64,000 bases of DNA from Candidatus Helarchaeota archaeon (GTDB lineage: Archaea; Asgardarchaeota; Lokiarchaeia; Helarchaeales; RDOG01): the NCBI GenBank assembly GCA_019058315.1, contig JAHPZH010000003.1, positions 620,451 through 684,450 of the forward strand, in the 5' to 3' direction. The notes beneath the pieces were generated by a model. It had not been told where the DNA came from. It did not search any database and worked only from the letters and a program-made list of their open reading frames with translations. Positions 38,608-48,878 of this stretch are shown here, piece by piece. Made by a program: the position numbers and the translations under genes. Each line of letters begins with the position of its first letter. Positions within the stretch are counted from its first letter, which is position 1.

Positions 38608-41600
38608 ATGGAAAAGATGACATTTATCAAACGCATCGATATGACAGGATTTAAGTCATACGGAAGAGGAACTATATCTTTAGGATTTGGTCCTGGATTT
38701 ACGGGAATAATTGGACCAAATGGTTCAGGAAAAAGTAATATAGTAGATGCAATTTCCTATACATTAGGGGAATTGAGCTCGAAAAGTATGCGAGCGAAGG
38801 ATTTAAGGGATCTCATATATTCAGGAACTGGAGGTGATAATCCTGCCGATTTCGCTTCCGTTAATATTGTGTTTGATAATTCCGATAAAAAGATTCCGGT
38901 TCCTTTTGATGAAGTTATGGTACAAAGAGATATAAAAAGAAAGGGAGGAGGTTCCGTTTATAGGTTTAATGGGAAACGATCTACTAGAACTGAGATCATG
39001 GATAAATTAAAGATTGCCAATATTGATGTAAAAGAGGGGTTTAATTTAGTGTTGCAGGGGAGAATTGCAGAACTTGCTGCTATGAATCCCGATGAACGTA
39101 GGGAATTAATTGAGGATTTAGCGGGGACAAATGAATTTGATGAAAAAAAAATTGCGAGTATAAGTGAATTAGAAAAGGCTGAAATAAAACTAAGTGAATT
39201 AGAATTATTAATTAATGAAACCGAGACTAATGTAAAGAGATTGGATAAAGAAAAAAAAGATGTGGAAGAATGGGAGCTAGTTGTAGAACAAATATTTGAT
39301 AATAAAACCCAACTTTTATCTTTTCGACATGGAAATTTAGTTGAAGAATTAAAGGGATTCCAAACCAAAAGTGACGAGTTACTTAAAGAAATAAAGGAAG
39401 TAGAAGAGGAGAAAAATAAAAAAATTAAGATCTTAGACGAAGTAAATAAAAGTATTGAGGATGTCAAAAATAAAATAAATAAAAAACAGACCGACCTTGA
39501 AAATGTTCAAGCAGATATTTCTAATTTAAAATCAACCATTACTGGGCTCAAAAGGGATGTAACACATAGAGAAAAACGAATTAAAGAAATGGAGCAAGAA
39601 CAAGAAGATACTAAATCAAGAATTCAAAATATTAAAAAGAATCAAGACAAATTAGGAAGTGAAGTTACAGATATTGAAAGTAAGTTGGGTGTACTTGGAA
39701 AAAAGAGGGATGAAGAAAGAGCAGAACAAGAAAGATTAAATAAATTGATTCAAAAAAGTCAAACGCAATTTGAAACTCTTCAAACCCGTGCTACGGAAAT
39801 TCAAAAACAAATAGAAATGAAAACTAAAAAATTAAATAATTTAGAAATTCAAAAATCAATGAAATTATCTGGAGCAGAAATAAAACAAAATACATATGAT
39901 TCCAGAAAGCGTGAATTGGAATCACGTAAAAGAACATATAATCAGAATTTAGAATCCCTTAAAGCTTTAGAATTAGAAATAGTTCAATCGAAAGAACTAC
40001 TTCAAGTAGCATCACATAGAGTTGACTCATCAGATTCTAAAAGATCAACATATGAAGAAAGATTAGAACAGTTATATGATTTAAAATCCAAATTGGAAAA
40101 AAACACCTCATCTCTTGAAGCAAAAATTGACACTATTCAGAGTTTTCAAGGAGGAGATACGAATCCTGTAATTAAAAAAATTATGGGAAAAAAGGAAAAA
40201 AATGAAATTGTTGGTATTATCGGCAGATTTGGCGATTTAATAAATCTTGATGAACTTGATCCTAATGATAAAGCAGCACTTATTCCTTATTTGAATACTA
40301 TTATTGTTGATAGCACATTAACTGCTGCTGAAGCAATTCAAATTCTTAAAGATGAGCAAATAGGATATGGTTCTTTTATCCCTCTAGAAGAATTAGGAGA
40401 AATAATAATTGGACAAAATCTTCCATTTAAATTCTTGGAGGATCTTGACAGAAAGATGAAGGCAACGGCATTTATTTTTAATGATACTGTTGTTACTGAA
40501 AATCTTCATTCAGCAATTGATCTATTTATTAAAAATATTGAAGAAAAGAAATATGGAACTCAAATTCTGACTTTACAAGGTGAGAAAATCTCTAGAGAGG
40601 GGATTATTTCTGGTGGTGCTAGTTTAGAATTTGCTGAAACTCAAATATTAGATTTAAAAAAGAAATTAGAAGAACAGCAAGGAGAAGTTGGCAAGATTAG
40701 TGAAGAACAGATTATAACCAAACAAAAACTTGCTAAATTAAATGACTTATTAGCTGAAGTTAAAAGAAAACAAGAAAATGTAAAACAGAATATAAAGAAT
40801 AAACAAGAGAAAATGGATAGTATAACTAAGCTGATTGAGGAAGATAAATTTCATATCAATAGAATTGAGCAAGAATTAGAATCTTTAAAATTGAATATTG
40901 AAGCGATTAATACCTTATCAGCGAATATTGAACGTGAAAAGTCGGAAACTGAAACATCTGTTGCAGTACTTAAAGAAGATAAGAAAGTTATTGACGATGA
41001 GATTGAAAAAACTGAGATGACTAAGCTTTTAGATTCTGTTCGTAAGGTAGAAAAAGAATTATCGAAATTAGAAATTGATTATAGTAAAAATGAAGCTATA
41101 AAGAGTGAAAAATTACAACAGATAAATGATATCCTCGATAAAAATATAAAAGAAAAAGAGTCTCAAGTTCAAAATCTAATCAAAGAAATTGAGCAAGCAA
41201 GAAAAGATATTGAAAAATTTAATAGTGAAAAAAATCAAGCTGAAAAAGATTTAACTGCTAAAACAAAGGGTGAAGAAGATTTTAAAAAGGAAATTCAAGA
41301 ACTTCAAGATTCTATTAGTACAAAGTTAAACGAGATAGAAGCGAAGCGAAATGAAAATACTGCTCTTAATAGAAGAATAGAAAGATTACGTGAACAAGTA
41401 GGTGAAATCAAAGTCAATCAAGAGAGAGTAAAAACAGAATTGAGTAATGTCCAAAAACAGATTGAAGAAGAAGAGATAGAATTGATTCAACTTAAGAAAG
41501 AGGTTGATGAAAAAAAGCTTGAAAGCAAAATTCGAGAACTTTTAGACAGAAAACGACAGCTTGAACCAGTTAATGCCCTTGCTATAAAGCAGTTCCATGA

Positions 41601-42177
41601 AGCAAATCAAAGATACCAAGATTTAAAATCCCGACACGAAGAACTTCAAGAAGAAAGAAAAATTATAGTTGATTTTATCAATAAAATAGAATATGAAAAA
41701 GAAAATGTATTCATGAAAATTTTTAACGAAATTAATAAAGAATTCGGTAAAATCTTCAAAATGATCGCTGGAGGTAATGCTTGGATGGAGTTGGAAAATG
41801 AGGAGAACCCATTTGAAGGTGGAATCACTATTAATGCCGAACCGCATGGTAAAAAAGTAAAATCTGTAAGAGCTATGTCAGGAGGCGAAAAATCATTAAC
41901 TGCATTATCTCTAATTTTTGCAATGCAAAAAGTCGAGCCTTCACCATTCTATATTTTAGATGAGATCGATGCTGCATTAGATGTCATGAATGTGAGACGT
42001 GTAGCAAAAGTAATTGAGAAGATGAGTAAAGAATCTCAATGTATCCTCATTACTCACAGAGATATTGCCATGAGATACGCCAATTTACTTTATGGTGTTA
42101 CAAATATAAAAGGGATCTCAAAAGTGGTTTCTGTTGAATTGTCTGATGAAAGCACACTTCGTGAATTAAGCTCTTAA
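38608..42177 (+). CDS. smc: Chromosome segregation protein SMC (condensin-type)
   Basis: GFKSYG, GPNGSGKSN, Q-loop VLQG, hinge GIIGRFGDLI...TLQGEKISREGIISGG, MSGGEKS, YILDEIDAALD, ITHR. Confidence 0.97.
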   Translation: MEKMTFIKRIDMTGFKSYGRGTISLGFGPGFTGIIGPNGSGKSNIVDAISYTLGELSSKSMRAKDLRDLIYSGTGGDNPADFASVNIVFDNSDKKIPVPFDEVMVQRDIKRKGGGSVYRFNGKRSTRTEIMDKLKIANIDVKEGFNLVLQGRIAELAAMNPDERRELIEDLAGTNEFDEKKIASISELEKAEIKLSELELLINETETNVKRLDKEKKDVEEWELVVEQIFDNKTQLLSFRHGNLVEELKGFQTKSDELLKEIKEVEEEKNKKIKILDEVNKSIEDVKNKINKKQTDLENVQADISNLKSTITGLKRDVTHREKRIKEMEQEQEDTKSRIQNIKKNQDKLGSEVTDIESKLGVLGKKRDEERAEQERLNKLIQKSQTQFETLQTRATEIQKQIEMKTKKLNNLEIQKSMKLSGAEIKQNTYDSRKRELESRKRTYNQNLESLKALELEIVQSKELLQVASHRVDSSDSKRSTYEERLEQLYDLKSKLEKNTSSLEAKIDTIQSFQGGDTNPVIKKIMGKKEKNEIVGIIGRFGDLINLDELDPNDKAALIPYLNTIIVDSTLTAAEAIQILKDEQIGYGSFIPLEELGEIIIGQNLPFKFLEDLDRKMKATAFIFNDTVVTENLHSAIDLFIKNIEEKKYGTQILTLQGEKISREGIISGGASLEFAETQILDLKKKLEEQQGEVGKISEEQIITKQKLAKLNDLLAEVKRKQENVKQNIKNKQEKMDSITKLIEEDKFHINRIEQELESLKLNIEAINTLSANIEREKSETETSVAVLKEDKKVIDDEIEKTEMTKLLDSVRKVEKELSKLEIDYSKNEAIKSEKLQQINDILDKNIKEKESQVQNLIKEIEQARKDIEKFNSEKNQAEKDLTAKTKGEEDFKKEIQELQDSISTKLNEIEAKRNENTALNRRIERLREQVGEIKVNQERVKTELSNVQKQIEEEEIELIQLKKEVDEKKLESKIRELLDRKRQLEPVNALAIKQFHEANQRYQDLKSRHEELQEERKIIVDFINKIEYEKENVFMKIFNEINKEFGKIFKMIAGGNAWMELENEENPFEGGITINAEPHGKKVKSVRAMSGGEKSLTALSLIFAMQKVEPSPFYILDEIDAALDVMNVRRVAKVIEKMSKESQCILITHRDIAMRYANLLYGVTNIKGISKVVSVELSDESTLRELSS

Positions 42178-42215
42178 CAGTCATAAAATATTTTTAATAT
42201 TCTATTTTTCAAATT

Positions 42216-43271
42216 TTAAATTTCATTTTCTCCAATTTTTTTAACTACTTGTGCCGGAACACCATATGCAATACAGTATGGAGGTATATCATCAACAACC
42301 ACTGAGCCTGCGCCTATAATCGACCCTTCTCCTATAGTAACGCCAGGTAAGATTGTCGAATACGCCCCAACTCGCGCATTTTTTTCTAGTTTTATTGGAC
42401 CTATACAAATTGTCAAGGGATCTTGATTCATAAAATTATGTGTTAATAACTGACAACCTATACCCACACCAGAACCTTCCTCAAATTCTATTAAATCAGG
42501 AAATAATGGGTCTATACGAGTCCATTGGCTAATACATACATTTTTTGCTATTTTTAATTTCGCTATCCTACGATAAATTCGATTTTTAGTTCTAGGCCAT
42601 GAAGTAAAATTCCTAATTATTTGTGTAACAAAACTTAGAATCCCACTCTTTAAATAGAGAGCTATTGAAACATCAGGATTTTTTCTGAGTTTATGAAAAG
42701 CCTCTTGTATTTTTAATATTGCAACTGCATCATAAACATATGAAATTGTAGAATCATTTTTTTGAAGGTGAATGTATGTTAATTTTCCCTTTTCTTCAAC
42801 CGTATATGTTAATTTATGATAATCCTTTCTTTGTCTCCATATATCTTCAAAAAAAGTTGAAATATCAAACCATTTCTCCAAGATTAATGATAGTATTGGC
42901 AAAAATGCAAAAAGCATAGTTGCAAGTAAAATTAATTTAATTTCTATTAAAAGCAATTCGTAGAATATAACAGTTAAAATAGTATATAATACCAAACCAA
43001 TTAAACTCGAAATTATCATTAATGCTCCAAATAGAGTTATCAGCATTCCTTTAACACGATTACGTTTAATATAAGAATATCCCCCACCGTAAATGAATCC
43101 TCCAATACAAAAATCGGCTACTATCCCAACATATACCCAAATTATCCACTCATTGAATATTTTATAGAGAATGGGTTCTAATACTTGAAAAATTTCCGCA
43201 TGAAAAATAAATATGATAAAGAGTCCTGTCAGAATTATGATTAAAATGCCAATTTTTTTTAGAATTCCCAT
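42216..43271 (-). CDS. Membrane-anchored hexapeptide-repeat acyltransferase
   Basis: Four N-terminal TM helices. LbetaH motif ILPGVTIGEGSIIGAGSVVVDDIP...GVPA. Confidence 0.85.
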   Translation of the reverse strand: MGILKKIGILIIILTGLFIIFIFHAEIFQVLEPILYKIFNEWIIWVYVGIVADFCIGGFIYGGGYSYIKRNRVKGMLITLFGALMIISSLIGLVLYTILTVIFYELLLIEIKLILLATMLFAFLPILSLILEKWFDISTFFEDIWRQRKDYHKLTYTVEEKGKLTYIHLQKNDSTISYVYDAVAILKIQEAFHKLRKNPDVSIALYLKSGILSFVTQIIRNFTSWPRTKNRIYRRIAKLKIAKNVCISQWTRIDPLFPDLIEFEEGSGVGIGCQLLTHNFMNQDPLTICIGPIKLEKNARVGAYSTILPGVTIGEGSIIGAGSVVVDDIPPYCIAYGVPAQVVKKIGENEI

Positions 43272-43421
43272 CTCTAATTCACACTATTTTTAATTTTATT
43301 TTATAAAGATAAGAATCACGACTTCAAATTTTATTATATTAAAAAGGATAAATTAAATAAGCTATTCTTAGTTTTCATTATAAAGCTTTGTCTAGTATTA
43401 AAACATGGAAATGATCTATAA

Positions 43422-44012
43422 ATGAGTCAAGTTGAGCAAAAAAAACGACTATCCCCGACCCAATATAGATTAATAGGATATATTCCGATTATTATTTGTT
43501 TTCCCTTGACCTTTATAATATTTCAGCCTTCTATTATTGAAATTATTGCAGCATCTATAGCTGGATTATTTACTGCTGTTTATGATTGGAGCATTGAAGC
43601 ATATGCCTACAAAAAAGACCTTTGGTTTTGTTATGGGGGTTGTCAGAAAATCGAGATTGGAAGTAAAACAATTGATTTTAAGCATGTTCCAATAGATATG
43701 ATAATCAGTTTTTGGTTTTTTGGTTTTATGTTTAGTATATTATCAACTTTTCCAGATAGAAATAGAGTAATGTATAAAATAATTACAGATCCTGCTTTAA
43801 CAAACCCAGCCCTTGATCCGGTTTGGATTATTGCACTTTGTTTTATTTTGGCAACATTTGGAGCAATTTTTGACTATAGACATATTGGTTGTGGGGTTTG
43901 GAAACCTGGGGAAAACTGGAGTTTCCCAAAATGTGCGTATATTGCTTGGTTATCCTTAATTGCTTTTACTACTATTTTATTTTATGGATTATTAGGTATT
44001 TTCATGTTATAA
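43422..44012 (+). CDS. Polytopic membrane protein
   Basis: About five hydrophobic helices with repeated D...G/DLW loops. Confidence 0.7.
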   Translation: MSQVEQKKRLSPTQYRLIGYIPIIICFPLTFIIFQPSIIEIIAASIAGLFTAVYDWSIEAYAYKKDLWFCYGGCQKIEIGSKTIDFKHVPIDMIISFWFFGFMFSILSTFPDRNRVMYKIITDPALTNPALDPVWIIALCFILATFGAIFDYRHIGCGVWKPGENWSFPKCAYIAWLSLIAFTTILFYGLLGIFML

Positions 44013-44047
44013 TTTAATATTAAGATAAAAAAAAGGAAGCTTAGAGT

Positions 44048-44368
44048 TTAATCTTCTTCTTCTTCTTCTGGTATTGCTTCTGAAGCTTCTGTTTTAATCT
44101 CAACAATTTTTTTTGTATCTGGGCTAATGATAACTACCAATTTTTCTTTTCCTATGTCTTCAAGCTCAACTAGCCATAAATTTTTAGGGGGAGGTGAGCC
44201 AACATTTGCCTTTGGATTCTTTTTTATCCATGCTTCAGATTCTTTCGGTTTCATTTTTGTAACCATGACTGTGCAGTCAGGACGTTTCTCTTCAAACTCA
44301 TTTACTTTATCATTTTCATATGCTATTTCAATCGCTGCTTCATCATCAAATTTTGCCATATCATTCAC
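44048..44368 (-). CDS. Small acidic hypothetical protein (PepSY-like pattern)
   Basis: EAAIEIA...LWLVEL...VVIISPDTKKIVEI. The true start may be the ATG at 44359 after an AGGTGA SD. Confidence 0.6.
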   Translation of the reverse strand: MNDMAKFDDEAAIEIAYENDKVNEFEEKRPDCTVMVTKMKPKESEAWIKKNPKANVGSPPPKNLWLVELEDIGKEKLVVIISPDTKKIVEIKTEASEAIPEEEEED

Positions 44369-44597
44369 CTAATTATATTTTTGAATTTTAATTTTCAAAT
44401 ATATTTTTTTAAAAAATATAATTTTTAATTTTAAATAATTCTCTTAATTTTTGAAAACTCATTATTCCTAATTACATATAATACAAAAAGTAATATGGTC
44501 TAAAAAAATAGAAAATTTTTTTAATTTTGTAAAAAAGAATAGGAAATAATTAATTAAAATTGAGAATAAGTATTAATTTAAAAAATACATCCCAGTC

Positions 44598-45155
44598 TTA
44601 TAAACTTTTTAAAGTTTGATTTAATTTATCCTCAGAAAAAATGCTAGTTTTAAAAATTTTTACAGAGAATTTTAGAGATTCAAATTTCTTATTAATCTTC
44701 TCATATAATTCCTGAAATAACTCTTTAAAAATTTTTGAATTTTGTAATTCTGGATCAGATTTATGTAAAAATACAACGAATTTGGGCACTAATTTCTGCA
44801 GTTTTATAACAGAGATTATATCTGAAAAATAACGTATAGCTTCTTCGTATCTATCGGGATCTTGAATATCAATAACATATATTACTGTGTCTACATAACT
44901 AAAGTAATAATCTTTTCGTTTAAAATATTCATCACGAAAGGTAACTTGACCACCGAAATCCCAAACAATGATTTTTTCACTATTTATCTCTAATTCCTCA
45001 ATATTAAGCCCTTTAGTAGGTTTTAAAGTTATAGTCGATTCTGGAGATAATTGTTTTTTTACTATCCTTAATATTGAGGTTTTTCCAGCGTTGTCAAGAC
45101 CTAATAGTATAATTTTTTTGTTAATTTCAGCAGCAGTGTCGTTCATATTGATCAT
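44598..45155 (-). CDS. Stand-alone Arf/Rag-like small GTPase
   Basis: GLDNAGKTS, KPTKG, WDFGGQ, FLHKSD, KTSIF. Confidence 0.88.
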   Translation of the reverse strand: MINMNDTAAEINKKIILLGLDNAGKTSILRIVKKQLSPESTITLKPTKGLNIEELEINSEKIIVWDFGGQVTFRDEYFKRKDYYFSYVDTVIYVIDIQDPDRYEEAIRYFSDIISVIKLQKLVPKFVVFLHKSDPELQNSKIFKELFQELYEKINKKFESLKFSVKIFKTSIFSEDKLNQTLKSL

Positions 45156-45388
45156 GCCTACTGAACAATTTTAGGACAATTTATTATCTTTTTCATCCTT
45201 ATGCAATAACTAAGTATCATACTTTAATTCCACAGATGATAGAGATTGCGAATGAGATTAAACCAAAAAAGCTTGTCCTTACACATTTAGTACCCACTAT
45301 TGCTTCACCAAAATATCTTGTAAGAAAAATTAAGGAAGGTTATGATGGGGAAGTAATCTGTGCTAACGATCTGGATTCTTTTTAATTT

Positions 45389-45781
45389 TTAAATACAAAG
45401 ATTTGCAATACAATTATCAAAATTTGATAACTCAGGAATTAGACCTTTTTTTTCAAATGTATAACGTTGATTATTTGAAAACTCATTCAGAAATTCATTC
45501 ATTATTTGTTTAAAATTAGGCAACAGATAGCTTGAAGTATCGTTTTTATCACTTAGAAAAACGAAAATTAATTTATTTTTACGTATAAAATGAAATTTTA
45601 ATGTTTCCGTACAAATATAAGAAATATTTTCACCTATTGAAGTCTTACAAAAACGATCCATTGCGGCAATAAATCCTGAAACGAGTTGTTCATTAGGTGG
45701 AATATTTTTCACTGATTTATTGTATAAACATATACCCGTATTGTATATTACAAAAATTCCTTTGATCATTGAAATCTCCAA
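45389..45781 (-). CDS. Stand-alone longin-like domain protein
   Basis: GIFVIYNTGICLY...QLVSGFIAAMDRF, matching the longin beta-beta-alpha-beta-beta-beta-alpha pattern. Confidence 0.72.
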   Translation of the reverse strand: MEISMIKGIFVIYNTGICLYNKSVKNIPPNEQLVSGFIAAMDRFCKTSIGENISYICTETLKFHFIRKNKLIFVFLSDKNDTSSYLLPNFKQIMNEFLNEFSNNQRYTFEKKGLIPELSNFDNCIANLCI

Positions 45782-46012
45782 AATTTATTAAGGTAAAGAA
45801 TAATTTCAAAATTTATTTTTAAACCCATCAATTTAAGAATGCGTAAATAAATGCGAGTTTATTATTCAGCGTTAATTTTGTATTTTGGAGAATTATATTG
45901 AATTTTTCTCATAGAAATTTGTTCATATAATTCAATATTCTTAAAAATTCTTAATTTTATCTAGAAAAGGAAATAGTCTATCGAAAAAAATGAAAAAAAA
46001 GATACCTCATTT

Positions 46013-46038
46013 TTTTTGCGCATCATAATGCGCAAAAA
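46013..46038. terminator. Perfect 11-bp hairpin just 3' of the GTPase gene (terminator/stability element or operator)
   Basis: TTTTTGCGCAT-cata-ATGCGCAAAAA. Confidence 0.45.
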
Positions 46039-46051
46039 TTCTAGAAAAATA

Positions 46052-46603
46052 TTATAATATCTGAAATTTCTGAAAAATGGTGTAAACAGAAGTTTTGAAA
46101 AACTTTATTGGAATATTCAAAGGTCTAAAGATAGTTTTAATTTTCCCAGTTAGTTGATCGAATAATTTTTCATATTTTTCTGAAGAAAGTAATTCAGGAT
46201 CGAACTTATGAGCGAAAATGATAAATTGTGGAAGAGGTTTTTGTAATTTTACTACCCCACTAATGTTTAATAAATATGTAATAGATTCATCATAACGATC
46301 TGGGTCTTGAATATCAATAACATAAATTAGTTTATTGATATTGCTAAAATAATAATCTTTCCGACGAAAATATTCTTCACGAAATGCTAATTGCCCTCCG
46401 AAATCCCAAACCATAAATTTTGTTCCATCAGATGCAGTAAATTCTTCTATATTTGCCCCTGTTGTTGGTTTCACATTTGCAAACAATTGAGGGGTTAATT
46501 CTTGTTTTAAAGTTTTTAAAATAGTAGTTTTTCCTGCATTATCAAGCCCTATAATAACCATTTTTTGTGTTGGATTAACCGAATCTTCACTCAATAGTTT
46601 CAA
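46052..46603 (-). CDS. Stand-alone Arf/Rag-like small GTPase, paralog of 44598-45155
   Basis: GLDNAGKTT, KPTTG, WDFGGQ, FAHKFD, KTSVY. Shares RKDYYFS and YVIDIQDPDRY with its paralog. Confidence 0.88.
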   Translation of the reverse strand: MKLLSEDSVNPTQKMVIIGLDNAGKTTILKTLKQELTPQLFANVKPTTGANIEEFTASDGTKFMVWDFGGQLAFREEYFRRKDYYFSNINKLIYVIDIQDPDRYDESITYLLNISGVVKLQKPLPQFIIFAHKFDPELLSSEKYEKLFDQLTGKIKTIFRPLNIPIKFFKTSVYTIFQKFQIL

Positions 46604-46803
46604 CCAATCCCGTTTTTTAAAGAAGGGTAATATAAATGAATTTGTTAAATGAAATAAAATTCTCTTTTCAACCTTTTATTTCTTAGGTAAATTCAATTTT
46701 AATCAGAAATTAAAAAAAATTTAAAATCTATTTATCTTAACTTAAATCGAATAAATTAATGTAAATTTCAATTTGTTCAATAAATATTATAGGTATTGTA
46801 GAA

Positions 46804-47475
46804 ATGAAGATTATTTTTGATCAATTAGTGAAAAGAAGATTCCCAGATTTACATATTGGGCTTGGATTTATTTCTGGTCTTATAAATAAGCAAAAAGATG
46901 TATTTGAGGAAAAAAAAGTATCAATTTATAGTAAATTGAAGAAAAAATATACTTTGGAAACACTAAAGGATTTAGAGATTGTGAGAGCTTATAGGGATTT
47001 TTTTTGGACATTAGGTATAGATCCGACCAAAAATAGACCTTCTGCAGAAGCCTTAATTCGCCGAGTTTTAAAAGGCAAGTCTATTCCAAGAATAAATTGT
47101 GTAGTTGATGCTTATAATCTTGCATCTATGGAGAGCGGAATTTCATTAGCAGCTTTTGATTCTGATCTTCTTATAGGAGATCTAAAAATGCGTTTCGCCA
47201 AAGCGGGTGAAATATTTCTGGGTATTGGGATGAAAGAAGCTAAAATTCTTAAAGGAAAAGAATTAATCATTAATGATCAGGATCAAATAATTGCAGTTTA
47301 TCCTTACAGGGATGCAGATAGCACTAAAGTTACTAAAAGCACAAAAAACGTAGTTTTATTGGTTTGTGGAGTTCCAGGTATAACAACAGATATATTGAAA
47401 GAAACTGCTGATCTTGCTATTGAATATATCACTTATTTATGTGGAGGAAAGGGGAGTTATCATATTGTTGAATAA
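46804..47475 (+). CDS. Stand-alone B3/B4-domain protein (PheRS-beta editing-like)
   Basis: AYRDFFWTLGIDPTKNRPSAEALIRR, INCVVDAYN. Confidence 0.9.
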   Translation: MKIIFDQLVKRRFPDLHIGLGFISGLINKQKDVFEEKKVSIYSKLKKKYTLETLKDLEIVRAYRDFFWTLGIDPTKNRPSAEALIRRVLKGKSIPRINCVVDAYNLASMESGISLAAFDSDLLIGDLKMRFAKAGEIFLGIGMKEAKILKGKELIINDQDQIIAVYPYRDADSTKVTKSTKNVVLLVCGVPGITTDILKETADLAIEYITYLCGGKGSYHIVE

Positions 47476-47669
47476 TAAAAAGGATAAATATAATTTCAAA
47501 TCTTTAATGTGTTAAAATTTGAGTTCAATTTAGTTAAATATACTATTTTTTTTAATTTTTACTTAAAATTTGTTTCCATTTATAATTTAAATCCATATCT
47601 TTTTATATGTCAAAAATTTTTTTAACGAACTCTTAATTGTCATTTAGAAATATAATGTGTTAAGGTGTC

Positions 47670-48878
47670 TTGTACGTGACAACGACTGAGGAATTACCAT
47701 TAACGGAAAAATTATCGAAACTGAAGAAATTTATTTCTTATTGTTTTCAGTGTGGAACTTGTAGCGGAATTTGCACTTTGAGCTATGTTAGACCCACATA
47801 TAGTCCCAGAAATATAATTTATAAATATTTAGTTAATAAAGAAAAAGATTTAGATAATTTAGAACTTGATGAATTTTTAGATTGCCTTACATGCAATTTA
47901 TGTTCAGCAAAATGCCCACAAGAAGTAGATATGGCAGAATTTATTCGTGAAATTCGCACTGAGCTTTATAAGAAAGGGATCTGTGTTGAAGAATCTCATG
48001 AAGGTATTACCTCAACTATTGCAAGGATCCAGACAAATGAAAATGTAAAGCCAAAACTTCCATCAAATTTCTTACCCAAAGGTATAGAAATTCTCGAAAA
48101 AGGAGAAGTTGTATATTTTCCAGGTTGCCTTGCAATTTTTGATAAATTATTTGATGGTTATCAAACAAATTTTAAGGGAATTGCTCAAGATTCAGTTCTT
48201 ATTCTTAATAAATTATTAGATGAGTCTATAGCTGTTGTTCCAGACTTAAAATGCTGTGGTCATGACAATTTCTGGAAGGGTGATTTTGAGACATTTGAAA
48301 AGCTAGCAAAATACAATATAAAAAGATTAAAAGAATCAGGAGCTAAATTGGTAGTATTTTCTTGTGCGGAAGGTTACCGAACATTTAAAAAAGACTATTC
48401 AAGATTTTTTGGCGACCTTCCCTTTGAAGTCAAGCACATTTCAGAAATAATTCAAGAAAAGATTCAAGAGAAGGGGATAAAATTTTCTAATGCTATTAAT
48501 AAGACTATTACTTATCATGATCCCTGTAGATTAGGGAGGTTTATGAATGTTTATGACCAACCAAGGGAAATTTTAACTGGTCAAGGGGAAGAATTTGTTA
48601 AATTTAAAGAAATGGAACGAATTAAAGAAAATGCTCAATGTTGTGGGGTTCCATTATTTGCAAATTGTAATGATTATACAAAAGCATTACGGCTTGATCG
48701 GTTAAAAGAGGCTGAAAAAACAGCGGAATTATTAGTAACCACATGTCCAAAATGTCAGCTTCATTTTAATTGTTTCTTGCGTGAGTTTAAAGAAGGTCCA
48801 AATAAAATTAATCTGGAGGTTGGCGACTTAGTGAATATTGTTGCCAGATTAATGGGTTTAAAAGGTGATAAAAAATGA
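47670..48878 (+). CDS. HdrD-like fused HdrC/HdrB Fe-S protein (two 4Fe-4S motifs plus CCG domains)
   Basis: CFQCGTCSGIC, CLTCNLCSAKCP, KCCG, YHDPCRLGR, QCCG, TCPKC. Overlaps the hdrA start by 4 nt. Confidence 0.88.
   Translation: MYVTTTEELPLTEKLSKLKKFISYCFQCGTCSGICTLSYVRPTYSPRNIIYKYLVNKEKDLDNLELDEFLDCLTCNLCSAKCPQEVDMAEFIREIRTELYKKGICVEESHEGITSTIARIQTNENVKPKLPSNFLPKGIEILEKGEVVYFPGCLAIFDKLFDGYQTNFKGIAQDSVLILNKLLDESIAVVPDLKCCGHDNFWKGDFETFEKLAKYNIKRLKESGAKLVVFSCAEGYRTFKKDYSRFFGDLPFEVKHISEIIQEKIQEKGIKFSNAINKTITYHDPCRLGRFMNVYDQPREILTGQGEEFVKFKEMERIKENAQCCGVPLFANCNDYTKALRLDRLKEAEKTAELLVTTCPKCQLHFNCFLREFKEGPNKINLEVGDLVNIVARLMGLKGDKK

Noticed and set aside
33287-42177. Wadjet/MksBEFG-type defence system
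   Set aside because: The SMC is canonical full-length with a standard hinge, and no JetD/MksG Toprim nuclease is present.
45299-45357. Imperfect inverted repeat between the longin and GTPase genes as a fourth E-type hairpin
   Set aside because: Only about 12 bp with a mismatch, the wobble favours the opposite strand, and the conserved loop motif is absent.
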